A stretch of DNA of 64,000 nucleotides from Candidatus Bathyarchaeota archaeon (GTDB lineage Archaea; Thermoproteota; Bathyarchaeia; 40CM-2-53-6). Shown one piece after another: positions 48,933-57,982 of the stretch. Below the pieces are notes generated by a model. It was not told where the DNA came from. It searched no databases and worked only from the letters and a program-made list of their open reading frames with translations. The stretch is taken from NCBI GenBank assembly GCA_963726255.1, contig CAVSBL010000002.1, positions 416,001 through 480,000 on the forward strand, read 5' to 3'. Position 1 is the first letter of the stretch. Every line of letters begins with the position of its first letter. A program made the position numbers and the translations under genes.

Positions 48933-48975
48933 GAAGCCACGATATTCGAGGGTTCGAATCCCTCCAAGCCCACGA
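48933..48975 (+). repeat. Family B snippet 2
   Basis: GAAGCCACGATATTCGAGGGTTCGAATCCCTCCAAGCCCACGA. Confidence 0.7.
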
Positions 48976-49097
48976 CCCAAGCAGACTCCGGTGACGATAT
49001 TTGTTTGTGTGGAACGATAAGTGTGGTTGGTGGGGGAAGACGCCGGCGCGCGGTTGCAAGGCAGCCGGCGAGAGGCACAAACTCCCGCCAATAATAC

Positions 49098-49210
49098 GCG
49101 GGGGTTGCCAAACCTTCGTTAACCGCTCACTTCACTTACCAGTTGCCTAGTGCTTAGGGATGTTGATTGTACCCACGATATTGGTGGGTACAAATCCCAC
49201 GGGCCCCACC
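49098..49210 (+). repeat. Composite: tRNA-Leu-like 5' snippet plus family B snippet 3
   Basis: GCGGGGGTTGCCAAACCTTCGT ... GTACCCACGATATTGGTGGGTACAAATCCCACGGGCCCCACC. Confidence 0.75.
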
Positions 49211-49349
49211 TTCTGCAGCGTGTTTTCTGGATGGGGCACAAGGGCATTCCTTGACTGATTCCAAAAGATTTCCTAGGCTGCCACTTTTATCTACATGCCG
49301 TCTGGATTCAATCTATTGCGTTGTTCGGAGAATGAAGCTTTAAGTTACC

Positions 49350-49384
49350 TTATGATATATATCATAATATCACAAATTTGTGAT
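49350..49384. promoter_or_regulatory. Two adjacent perfect palindromes upstream of abiEi (putative operator)
   Basis: TTATGATATATATCATAA (49350-49367) and ATCACAAATTTGTGAT (49369-49384). Confidence 0.6.
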
Positions 49385-49396
49385 GTTGTGGTATGA

Positions 49397-50035
49397 ATGA
49401 AAACGGATATTTTGCTCAGAAAGCTCCGCATGGAGAATATGGAATTTGTCACATCAAAGGAGTTGAGAGCATATTGCAAGTCTTTGAAACTGGATTATGA
49501 CATTGTGATTAGGCATTTTGTTCCACGAGGGTACCTGGTAAGAATACTTAGGGGAATATTCTACGTCAAGTCTCTTGAAGAGTTGGAGCTGGCGAGACCA
49601 AAATACACTCATCTTGAACTCGTAGCGAAAGGTCTCGAACTCAAGAGTGTCAAGCATTGGTATTTCGGCCTGCACACGGCGCTCAAGCTCAATAACATGA
49701 CCCACGAGAGCTTTACGGTTGAAGATGTTGTTAATGACAAGTTGTTCCGCGCGAACCCTATCGCTATTGCGGGCTACAAGTTCAAGTTCTCCAGATTGTC
49801 GCCGTCTCTGCTCGATTTTGGCATAAAGAAAGGAAACAACGGCGTTAGGTATTCCGATCCAGAAAAAACAATTCTTGATTTCATCTACTTATGGAGATAC
49901 AACGGCATCCCTGAAGAGAAGATTGCGGCTGATGTTAGCGGCTGGGCAAAGAGTGTGGCGAGAGTGAAGCTCAGGGCGTATGCGAAGAAGTATCCGAAGA
50001 CGGTGGCGGAGATTGCAGCGAGGGTGGCAAAGTGA
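49397..50035 (+). CDS. AbiEi-like type IV antitoxin/transcription regulator
   Basis: GYLVRILRGIFY, WYFGLHTAL..., YSDPEKTILD. Confidence 0.78.
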   Translation: MKTDILLRKLRMENMEFVTSKELRAYCKSLKLDYDIVIRHFVPRGYLVRILRGIFYVKSLEELELARPKYTHLELVAKGLELKSVKHWYFGLHTALKLNNMTHESFTVEDVVNDKLFRANPIAIAGYKFKFSRLSPSLLDFGIKKGNNGVRYSDPEKTILDFIYLWRYNGIPEEKIAADVSGWAKSVARVKLRAYAKKYPKTVAEIAARVAK

Positions 50036-50087
50036 GAGCGGATTTCTAAAAGGTTGCAAATTTCTTTCGGTTGTTGAGTAGGTCTAT

Positions 50088-50291
50088 CTAGTGGACACTT
50101 TCCGCCTTAACTACGCGATGCCAACGAGTACGACCACATTTAGGACATGGAATATACGCTTTCGTAGAAGTCTTAAGTACAAGATATGCGGGCCAGCCCC
50201 AACGAATCCACATTAACCCTTCCTTAATCTGCACGCAACCGCAAGTGAGACACATAACCTGGTACTCAACCATCTTCCTTCTCTTCCTCAC
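50088..50291 (-). CDS. Small zinc-finger protein
   Basis: CLTCG...CPKCG..WH; GGAGGT upstream. Confidence 0.6.
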   Translation of the reverse strand: MRKRRKMVEYQVMCLTCGCVQIKEGLMWIRWGWPAYLVLKTSTKAYIPCPKCGRTRWHRVVKAESVH

Positions 50292-50405
50292 TGGACCTCC
50301 TTAACATCATCCGTTCCGCGCTCCGTAATTTGCATCATGCGGCGGTCAACCGCCAGGTCAAAAGCCTTCGGTAAGGTGGCCTCGCCGATGCCCTATTCAG
50401 GTGTT

Positions 50406-50630
50406 CTAGTACCACCACATTGGGACGAAAGGTCGCCAGTAGTAAGTCGATTGGTACGTGTACTGTGGATAGAAGTACGGCTGTGCATAGTATCCGTAGA
50501 ACGGTGCATAAGATCCATAGAATCCTCCTCCACGCCCATACCTATTCGCATAGTAATACCCCACGTTACCGCCAACTGCTAACCCTATTGCTGCGCCAAG
50601 CCCGAGTGCCCCAAGTGCCAACCAAGCCAT
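50406..50630 (-). CDS. Small Gly/Tyr-rich protein with hydrophobic N-terminus
   Basis: MAWLALGALGLGAAIGLAVGG followed by a Y/G/P-rich tail. Confidence 0.6.
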   Translation of the reverse strand: MAWLALGALGLGAAIGLAVGGNVGYYYANRYGRGGGFYGSYAPFYGYYAQPYFYPQYTYQSTYYWRPFVPMWWY

Positions 50631-50669
50631 TTTGCTTCCCTTGTATAGTATTTCTAACGTTAAAACAAT

Positions 50670-50915
50670 TTAACGTTTGTTCTTGATTCTCGCCGTGGCT
50701 CTTAGGAGGGGCATCTTCTCCTCATCGTCAAACGAGAACACTTCCTCGATATGCGACCGTAACACTCTAGAGATCTTGTAAGCCAATCTAAGTGACGGAT
50801 TGTACTTGCCCTTCTCTAAGAAAAGAATCGTCTGCCTAGTAACTTCCACCTTATCCGCAAGCTGCTCCTGAGTTAACCCATACTTCTCCCTAAGTTCCTT
50901 AATCCTCGACTTCAT
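50670..50915 (-). CDS. XRE-family HTH regulator
   Basis: [33 protein letters not shown]. Confidence 0.92.
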   Translation of the reverse strand: MKSRIKELREKYGLTQEQLADKVEVTRQTILFLEKGKYNPSLRLAYKISRVLRSHIEEVFSFDDEEKMPLLRATARIKNKR

Positions 50916-50924
50916 GCAGTACCC

Positions 50925-51266
50925 TCACTCCGCCGGGCGAACGAGCTGATGGTAGACCCACGATGACACAAATACAATCACAGTGCCGATAAAAGCGATA
51001 CCCACCACCCGCTCTATAGCACGGCTAGTAGGCTGAATGAGCGGCAGATAAACAAGGGTGAACGTCAAGTCGACCAGCGTATACATGAATGCGTTTCTGC
51101 ACGCTGTTTTCAAGTTTTGATCCAAGCGCTCGTCAGTTCTTCTGATTAGAAATAAGTTGAAGACGCCAAAGGGGAAAAACAAGAAAAATCTGTAATTGCC
51201 GGTAACTAATCCTAGCAGCCCTACGAAGCCAAGCAGACCTAAGTAACCCATAGGGTTCCTGTGCAC
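50925..51266 (-). CDS. DUF3796-like membrane protein paired with the XRE regulator
   Basis: GYLGLLGFVGLLG, DERL..N...A..NAF. Confidence 0.65.
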   Translation of the reverse strand: MHRNPMGYLGLLGFVGLLGLVTGNYRFFLFFPFGVFNLFLIRRTDERLDQNLKTACRNAFMYTLVDLTFTLVYLPLIQPTSRAIERVVGIAFIGTVIVFVSSWVYHQLVRPAE

Positions 51267-51517
51267 TCGAACCGCCTCATGTCAACTATTTCTAACGTAC
51301 GAACTAGTTAACATTGCGTGCTGAGAACCGACGATGAACATCGAGCAGTTGGACTCTAGTCGACAGCCTATCGAACACGGCTACTCGTGCGGGCTGTTCT
51401 CGAACTCACGCTAATGATTCAGGACAAGGACACATAATACGTGATTGAGGGCAGTTTGTCCGAGGGAAACGACCCGATTAATCTTCCCGGGTTCATCGAG
51501 TGAAGGGGAGAATCACT

Positions 51518-51544
51518 GGGGTTCAAATCCCACCGGCCCCACCA
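51518..51544 (+). repeat. Family B snippet 4 (complete T-arm to CCA)
   Basis: GGGGTTCAAATCCCACCGGCCCCACCA. Confidence 0.82.
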
Positions 51545-51732
51545 CGCGACACATCGTGGCTCGGTGGTTCTTCATAAGGGCCGCAGACCCTTGAACTCTA
51601 CATCTAGTGCCTAAAGCAGAAGTTGATTCAGCAGGTTACTATCGCTCTCGCAGAAACTTGGCGGACAATAGTTTCTTGACCCTGACCGTCAAGGTTAAGA
51701 CGCATCGGTGTGTGACAGAGCCGATTTGGAAG

Positions 51733-52857
51733 ATGAGCTTCTCGAGTGAACGAAAGCGAAGAATCAAGAGGCTCCAAAGCTGGCTCGCCTCCCAGGACCT
51801 CGACGCCGCTGTATTTCTGAAAGAAGACATGGAACTGAACAATTACAACTACGTCTATTATGGTGGAAACCTTGCCTCGGAAGAGTACTGCGCCGTAGTC
51901 GTAGACACGTCAGGCAATAGCAGAGCGGTTGTTCAGGAGCACGCTTTCGAGAAAGTCGAATCTTCAGGTGAATTTCTGAAGGTAGTCGGAACGCGGCAAT
52001 CCACCGATCAACTAATCTCGAATGTGCGCGCGCTGACACAGTCATACCGGAAGGGCAGAGTGCGTGTTGATAGTGCAAGCTTAACTGCAATCGCATCGAA
52101 GAAGATGGAACGAATCGGCATCATGCGAGACGATGCGCTTACTGAATTCGTCTATGCGGAGCGCTCGCTAAAAAGCGCATACGAAATCAGCCAGATAGAA
52201 ACAGCGGTCAGGATTGGCGCGAAGGCTCTTCAGAGCACAATAGACTCGCTCAAGGCCGGAATCAAAGTTACCGAGATAGCCGTCGCGTTGAAGAAGTCAA
52301 TGCTTGACGAAGGCGCAGTGTCCGAATCCTTCACAACGGACGTAAGAATTAGAAGAGGCGTAAGCGAAAAGGAAGCTAATACGCTTGAGCGTGGCTCTCT
52401 TGTGCTGTTCGATTTCGGGGCCAGGCTTGAATCCCAGTACCTCTCCGACATGGGGCGGACAGTTCCTTATGGTGCGAACGGACAACTGCGAGATTTCATG
52501 AACGAAGTTTATGAAATGAAGAAATTGGGTTTGCGAAAGATCAGGGCTGGGAGGACAGGAAACGAAGTGAGAAGGGAAATCGACGAGCTGATTGGCGAAT
52601 ATGGGTACGCCTCGGTTCACAGGCCGGGCCATCAAATAGGATTGAACGTACACGAGCCATACGAACCGAACCTCGCATACGGGGAAGAAAACAACACGGC
52701 ACTGCGTGAAGGAAACATTGTTACATGGGAACCCGGAATAGGCCTAAGAAATCCGAAACTTGCCCCTGTTCGCTTCGGCCTTGCGCACATGGAGGACATG
52801 GTTCTGGTCAGTGGAGATTCGGAGATGATCGGCCACGTTCCTCTTGAGTTCCAATGA
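51733..52857 (+). CDS. M24 Xaa-Pro peptidase-family protein
   Basis: RSLKSAYEI, FDFGA, SDMGRT, HRPGHQIGLNVHE, TWEPG, HMEDMVLV. Confidence 0.88.
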   Translation: MSFSSERKRRIKRLQSWLASQDLDAAVFLKEDMELNNYNYVYYGGNLASEEYCAVVVDTSGNSRAVVQEHAFEKVESSGEFLKVVGTRQSTDQLISNVRALTQSYRKGRVRVDSASLTAIASKKMERIGIMRDDALTEFVYAERSLKSAYEISQIETAVRIGAKALQSTIDSLKAGIKVTEIAVALKKSMLDEGAVSESFTTDVRIRRGVSEKEANTLERGSLVLFDFGARLESQYLSDMGRTVPYGANGQLRDFMNEVYEMKKLGLRKIRAGRTGNEVRREIDELIGEYGYASVHRPGHQIGLNVHEPYEPNLAYGEENNTALREGNIVTWEPGIGLRNPKLAPVRFGLAHMEDMVLVSGDSEMIGHVPLEFQ

Positions 52858-52981
52858 ACTAGCTCACGCAATATCGGTCATGATACCTCCGAAAGTCAAT
52901 GCTTTGAACTCTACACGGAGTGCTGGGCGTGATAGATCTCAAGGGAACTGTTTCTGAGATTGAAGCTTGGTTGTATGGGCT

Positions 52982-53353
52982 CTATTTCTTCTCCCTGAGG
53001 GCTTCGTTCTTTGCGATGCGTGCTTTGATGAGCTTTCTTATGAGCTCCACTGGGAGGGGTTTATTCATTGAGAAATGAACGGCGGACTTGGTTGTTTCAT
53101 ACCCCTTGAGCTCACGCTTGTGTTCGGCTATGACGGGTGGTCGAAGGAAGATTCCGATATGATTCTTGAACGCTGCGAACCAGACGAGCGCTCCGTGATA
53201 ATTGTAATATGGGATACGGTAGCTGATGCCCTCCACGGCCTCGGGTGCCGTTGCCTTGATGATCCTTCTGACCTCTAACAGCTTGGTCCGTGCCTCTTTC
53301 GGAGCCGCCTTAATGTAAGCGTCCACGTCTCTTGGAGTTTCTTTTGGCATCAT
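52982..53353 (-). CDS. YdhG/DUF1801-family protein
   Basis: VDAYI, APEAVEGISYRIP, FAAFKNHIG, KPLPVELIRKLIKAR. Confidence 0.88.
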   Translation of the reverse strand: MMPKETPRDVDAYIKAAPKEARTKLLEVRRIIKATAPEAVEGISYRIPYYNYHGALVWFAAFKNHIGIFLRPPVIAEHKRELKGYETTKSAVHFSMNKPLPVELIRKLIKARIAKNEALREKK

Positions 53354-53523
53354 GCGTTCCGCCGGGGTATTCTCGCCGTGACTTGCTTCTCAAGCCATTC
53401 GTAGACGTGCACTGGCTGCTCGACAATGTTCAGCCTCACAACCTTCACTCCAGGTTGTTTTTGGGTCCACTTGTAAATTTCTTCTCCCTCGGTAATATTG
53501 GAGCATGCGATTGAAATGAACAT
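53350..53523 (-). pseudogene. C-terminal fragment of a regulator-like protein (possibly AsnC-type)
   Basis: MFISIACSNITEGEEIYKWTQKQPGVKVVRLNIVEQPVHVYEWLEKQV; stop overlaps the DUF1801 start (ATGA). Confidence 0.4.
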
Positions 53524-53556
53524 TCGGAAACTGCACAGAAGGCTGTCATAATGGTA

Positions 53557-54795
53557 TCAAATGGTCCCAGAGCGCCTATATGTGCATGAACTTCCGAGAG
53601 CATCACTACTACCCCGGGTACCCAACTGCTTGGATGGGGAATAGATCAACTGGACCGCGGCCAAGGAGATGCAGGTCGCTGCGATCGCGAAGGCGAACAG
53701 GCCGATGCTTCCATAGGCGTCTTCTACTATGCCTCCTGGGATCGGACCGAAGCTCCAGAGAGTCGAGTTAATCATCGAGAAGAACCCTAGATACTCTGCC
53801 CTCCTGCCGTCTGGCGCTGTCTTCGTGACCCAGCTCAGCATGGCAGGGCTTACTAGCCCGAAACCCACGTAGTAAATTACCCAGCCCGGAACCAATTCGA
53901 CCCACGTTCCCGATAAAGCGAGAGCAATCAAAGCGACGGCCACGATCAGTGTTCCGTAAGCGTATCCTCTAATCTCTCCCAACCGGTCAACGCTTCTACC
54001 CAGCCGGGCGCCAAGAGCCACGGTGGTTACCAGGCCGGCAACAGCGACCAAGCTGACTTCGAATAAGCTGGCACCGAGCATGTAAGCGTAGGTGCCTAGG
54101 AAGGCTGTAACGGCGCCGGTTCCGAGAGTTCTTATCGAAGTGGCGACCGAGAAGACTGCGACATCCCTCATCTCGCGTACCGGTCTCCGCCTCTTAACCG
54201 CTTGGATGCGGCTCTCTGGAACGGCAACTAACAAGAGCAGGAGGTTTGCTGCCATTGCGAGTCCGACTAGGTAGAAGATAGCGTCCAAACCGAACAGGTC
54301 GGCCACAGCGCCCGCTCCTAAGATTCCCACAATTGAACCGACGGCACCCACTGCGCTGATGAACCCGTAACCCCGTGCCCTCTGCTCTACAGGCGTTATG
54401 TCGGCCACGAATGCTTGCAACGCGGTTGAGCCGATAGACAGAAGACTCTCAGCAATCAGGAAGAAGAGACTAACCACAAGGAACCCATTGACGAAGGGTA
54501 TTAGGACGAAGAACGGAAGGGAGGTTGCCTCTCCGAAGATCAGAAGGATTCGTCTGCGCCCCAACTTATCGGAAACCCTCCCAGCGAACGGACCGATGAG
54601 ACTCGATGAGACGTAGGCGAAGGAGAAAGCTGCCAGACCTTCAGCCACGGATACACCATCCCTCTGGACGACGAAAAGCACAAAGTACACGGTGAACACG
54701 CTTGACCTGTTGTTGGAGAGCATCTGGTAGATGGATAGCATCGTGAGCGTACGATTCGCTGTAGGTAGAATACCTCTTCCTCTTTCACTCTTCAT
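53557..54795 (-). CDS. MFS transporter
   Basis: GRVSDKLGRRR, RSVDRLG; about 12 TM segments. Confidence 0.88.
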   Translation of the reverse strand: MKSERGRGILPTANRTLTMLSIYQMLSNNRSSVFTVYFVLFVVQRDGVSVAEGLAAFSFAYVSSSLIGPFAGRVSDKLGRRRILLIFGEATSLPFFVLIPFVNGFLVVSLFFLIAESLLSIGSTALQAFVADITPVEQRARGYGFISAVGAVGSIVGILGAGAVADLFGLDAIFYLVGLAMAANLLLLLVAVPESRIQAVKRRRPVREMRDVAVFSVATSIRTLGTGAVTAFLGTYAYMLGASLFEVSLVAVAGLVTTVALGARLGRSVDRLGEIRGYAYGTLIVAVALIALALSGTWVELVPGWVIYYVGFGLVSPAMLSWVTKTAPDGRRAEYLGFFSMINSTLWSFGPIPGGIVEDAYGSIGLFAFAIAATCISLAAVQLIYSPSKQLGTRGSSDALGSSCTYRRSGTI

Positions 54796-55049
54796 CGAGT
54801 TGCGCCTAGATTCACTGGACGGCTCTCCAGAGGAGCCAGAGTTCCATGGGATCCGTCAACGCTTGTCAGCTCAAGGTTGCAATCAGTCCGGTACCGTGCC
54901 TTGAGTCGCTTTGCGGGATGAGAGAACGGCCTAGCTTCATGCTTGGCCCCTGAACCCGTAGGTGCCGTTTAAGGCCTTCTCGAAGTGGGTGTTTGAACAT
55001 ATCTCCAACTTCTTCGAGTAAGAGAAGAGCTTCTCCATCGCCTCCGCAA

Positions 55050-55308
55050 TCTCAGGTGATGCCTAGCCCGAAACGCGCCCAACCATGGTCCGCTTTTGGG
55101 CTCGACGCTGCAAAGCTTGCGACGTGGCCGACCAACGGAAATAGATTACCTGAACGGGGAAATAGTGCAATGTGGTCGACGTTTAGGAGTGCCCACGCCG
55201 TTAAATGCCCATGTCGTTGAACCCGTCCACCAAGTCGAACAGACCGGCAAATTCCTCTCGGCAGACGCCATCAAGCACAAAATCAAAGAAACACAAGGCA
55301 ACGCGTGA
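55050..55308 (+). pseudogene. panE: Ketopantoate reductase C-terminal fragment
   Basis: GSTLQSLRRGRPTEIDYLNGEIV..G...GVPTPLN; no Rossmann domain upstream. Confidence 0.75.
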
Positions 55309-55404
55309 GAACGCATCGGAGACATGGGGCTAGTGTTGGTGATGTTTTTACCTCTGGGCGTGTGAACCCATGGGAAGCCACCCGAAAAGAAACCGCACTG
55401 AGAA

Positions 55405-55451
55405 GCCTTCTTGGGGAAGGGTCCCGGGTTCAAATCCCACCGGCCCTACGA
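55405..55451 (+). repeat. Family B snippet 5 with tRNA-Pro(TGG)-like anticodon arm
   Basis: CCTT-CTTGGGG-AAGG-GTCCCGGGTTCAAATCCCACCGGCCCTACGA. Confidence 0.7.
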
Positions 55452-55735
55452 CTTTCGTGGGTTCAATCGAAACCCATATACGCGGCCTAGGCCAACCGCG
55501 GTCTCATTCCGTACAAGGGTTTCGACGCGCTCAAGGCGAAGATAACCAATCCCGTGATCCGCAAGTGGGCGGACACGCTCAAGGCCAAGTCTCGCACCAA
55601 GCTCTTCACATTGCTCCAGTTCTGGGACTGGGCTAGTGAAGTGATTGCTAAAGACCCTAGAACTGGGGAGGAGAAGGTGCGCTACTGGAAGTCGGGGGAG
55701 GAACTGCTTGCTGACTATGACCGTTGTGCTTCTTC
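55452..55735 (+). pseudogene. Possible N-terminal remnant of a tyrosine integrase beginning at the att-like site
   Basis: NPVIRKWADTLKAKSRTKLFTLLQFWDW...SGEELLADY resembles an integrase SAM-like region; no catalytic domain present. Confidence 0.35.
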
Positions 55736-56293
55736 TAGTTTCCTTTCTAACTCAGCAACTTCTTTTCTTTTTTCTGTTAGTTGTTCGGCAAGCAGGACTT
55801 TTAGTTTGGCTTTTTTTTGAACCGTCAAATAATATCCTTTCTCAATCTCTTTCCCTCCAGTCAATGCTGTTGCATCTTTAGAGCCGAATACAATAAGTTC
55901 TCCCGGATTGGCCTCCAAGAATGCGGTGTTTGCAAGCACTTCTGATGCGTCTGCAAGTCTTTTGCCTTTATCTGCGGCCTTTTCGACCTTAGTTGGAGGA
56001 TCTGTTGAACTTACTTTTTTCTTTGCAAAGCTCAAGTTTCCGGCTTCGTCAACCTGCACCACCCGAGCACGAAAGCCGCCCCCGATGCCCGAAAAGATGC
56101 TAACCATGCCCCTGCCGTTTTTGTGGTAGTAGAGGCCCGCGGCCAAAGGCCTTCCAGCCCTTATGCTTTCAGTAGCATTTTTGTAAAAAAAAGTTCTTTG
56201 GCTCCATTTAGTGCCTTCTGCAAAGGCTTCATCACTAGTTACTTTAGTAGCAAATATTTTTGATTCTGTCCTTTCTCTTGCGGATGCGCTCAT
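55715..56293 (-). CDS. Hypothetical protein with C-terminal coiled coil
   Basis: 192-aa ORF with A-rich codons, GTGAT SD-like sequence upstream. Confidence 0.65.
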   Translation of the reverse strand: MSASARERTESKIFATKVTSDEAFAEGTKWSQRTFFYKNATESIRAGRPLAAGLYYHKNGRGMVSIFSGIGGGFRARVVQVDEAGNLSFAKKKVSSTDPPTKVEKAADKGKRLADASEVLANTAFLEANPGELIVFGSKDATALTGGKEIEKGYYLTVQKKAKLKVLLAEQLTEKRKEVAELERKLEEAQRS

Positions 56294-56376
56294 ATTATCA
56301 CATTGAAATTAGTGAAATTTCAAGGTTTGAGTCGGAGTCAGACTAGTTCTGAGGTAGGTAGGATCGGGAACTAAAT

Positions 56377-56418
56377 GAACCCACCGTACGGGAGGTTCAA
56401 ATCCCAACGGTCCTACGA
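56377..56418 (+). repeat. Family B snippet 6
   Basis: GAACCCACCGTACGGGAGGTTCAAATCCCAACGGTCCTACGA. Confidence 0.65.
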
Positions 56419-56640
56419 CGTGCACCTGTTGCGTTAAGGGCTAGTCGACTTCACGGGCTTCGAAAGAAACCGAATTTCTGCGGAAGGAATACGCCAAAGT
56501 CGAAAAACGGTTCTTCGTATGAGCGTTGTCCGTTAATGCTATTTGGGCGTGTGGAGTGGTGATTGCGTTCGACGGGAGAGTGGCCCTTGGTCTGGTTGCA
56601 AACGACCTGCCGAAGTTGTCTAACCTTCATATGAAAACAT

Positions 56641-56742
56641 GCGGGGGTTGCCAAACCTTCGTCGAGGTTTTTGGCCAGTCGTAAAGTAGAACCCTCATGG
56701 AACCCACGATATTGGTGGGTTCGTATCCCAATGACCCCACGA
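56641..56742 (+). repeat. Composite: tRNA-Leu-like 5' snippet plus family B snippet 7
   Basis: GCGGGGGTTGCCAAACCTTCGT ... GAACCCACGATATTGGTGGGTTCGTATCCCAATGACCCCACGA. Confidence 0.75.
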
Positions 56743-56830
56743 CTGATCGCGTCCTATCTTGCTGCAAACTAAGAACAGAAACGGTTCAAAATGAGGCGAT
56801 GAAGTAGCCCCACCGAGAATTTCAATTAAG

Positions 56831-56847
56831 TCCCACCGGCCCCACCA
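56831..56847 (+). repeat. Family B snippet 8 (short)
   Basis: TCCCACCGGCCCCACCA. Confidence 0.7.
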
Positions 56848-57065
56848 TATCATGGGATTAATAGCTAGTTCTTACTGTGTTCCACTCATTTTGAGCCGTT
56901 TTTGCATCAGTTCACGAAGTTTTGCCAAAGCTCTCCTCACTTGTCCTTGTGCCGGTCCACCAGATGTCCTCGAAAGCCCTTTGCTGACTCAGATGTCTTA
57001 TTATTGGCCCTGAGTTTTCTGCTTGCTAGAATGCCTTATCTCTAGTTCTGTCCCTGCTTTAGTGC

Positions 57066-57431
57066 ATGCCGATTGAAGACATTGTCGGGAATACGGAGCT
57101 TCTAAGGCGAGTCTTGGAACACTACAGATACCGACTGGACAACTTCACGAGTGATGAAGAGATCAAGCCGCTGATAAGCGGGCCGGTGAGACGATACCTT
57201 ACCTTTGGCCAGTTGAAGTCACTGGTTTCCGAAGCCCTGATCGAATTAACTAAAGACAAAGACAATGCAAACCTGAAGCTACCGCTGTACAGCGACCTTC
57301 TGAGGTCTGCGGCTCGTCAATACCTAAAGGACCTAGAACGAATTAAAGAGAAAGCCAGCCAGGAGCTGCCAGACAGCAAACTGAGAGAAATAGAGTTGGA
57401 CATAGAAGCCGCGAAGGAGTGTCTTCGTTAA
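57066..57431 (+). CDS. Hypothetical helical protein
   Basis: 121-aa ATG ORF. Confidence 0.6.
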   Translation: MPIEDIVGNTELLRRVLEHYRYRLDNFTSDEEIKPLISGPVRRYLTFGQLKSLVSEALIELTKDKDNANLKLPLYSDLLRSAARQYLKDLERIKEKASQELPDSKLREIELDIEAAKECLR

Positions 57432-57449
57432 ACGTTCTCACCAACTTTT

Positions 57450-57824
57450 CTACAAAGTCAATGCCTGCAAATCTTGCTTCAGGTAAGTGATTAACAATTG
57501 CTGATAAATTTTAGCGGCTGATTCGTACTCTCGCATCCTTTCTTCTCCGAGCAAATTCCACACAGCCTTTGCTAAGGTCGGGAGAAAATACGGTGCAAGA
57601 TACATTATCCTTTTTGGAACTATCCTTCTGTTTTGCAAGACATGCTCAAATATTCGCGTCAGTTCCGGATGTCGCATTGAAACAAACCGAACTTTTTCCG
57701 CACAAATCGGAACACAATACTCGATTTCCCTCAGAACCTCTTCTCTTGCTCTTTGCTGGAAATTATCTAACATCTTTTGTTCACGTTCAAATCGCTCTTC
57801 CGGTTTCACATTGTGCTCGCACAT
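57450..57824 (-). CDS. Hypothetical protein
   Basis: 124-aa ATG ORF convergent with the previous gene. Confidence 0.55.
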   Translation of the reverse strand: MCEHNVKPEERFEREQKMLDNFQQRAREEVLREIEYCVPICAEKVRFVSMRHPELTRIFEHVLQNRRIVPKRIMYLAPYFLPTLAKAVWNLLGEERMREYESAAKIYQQLLITYLKQDLQALTL

Positions 57825-57982
57825 TCAATGCGGTGAGAGGGGCTCGTGTGATAAGTAGCGTCTCGGCAAATTCAGACATACGGGCGCATGGGATTTCACC
57901 CATCGGCGATTTTGCTCCGCGCTTCTGTCGCCTCACTGCATTCGTCCTTCTAGCCCAAGGAGTTTCTCATGGCCGAACAAGA

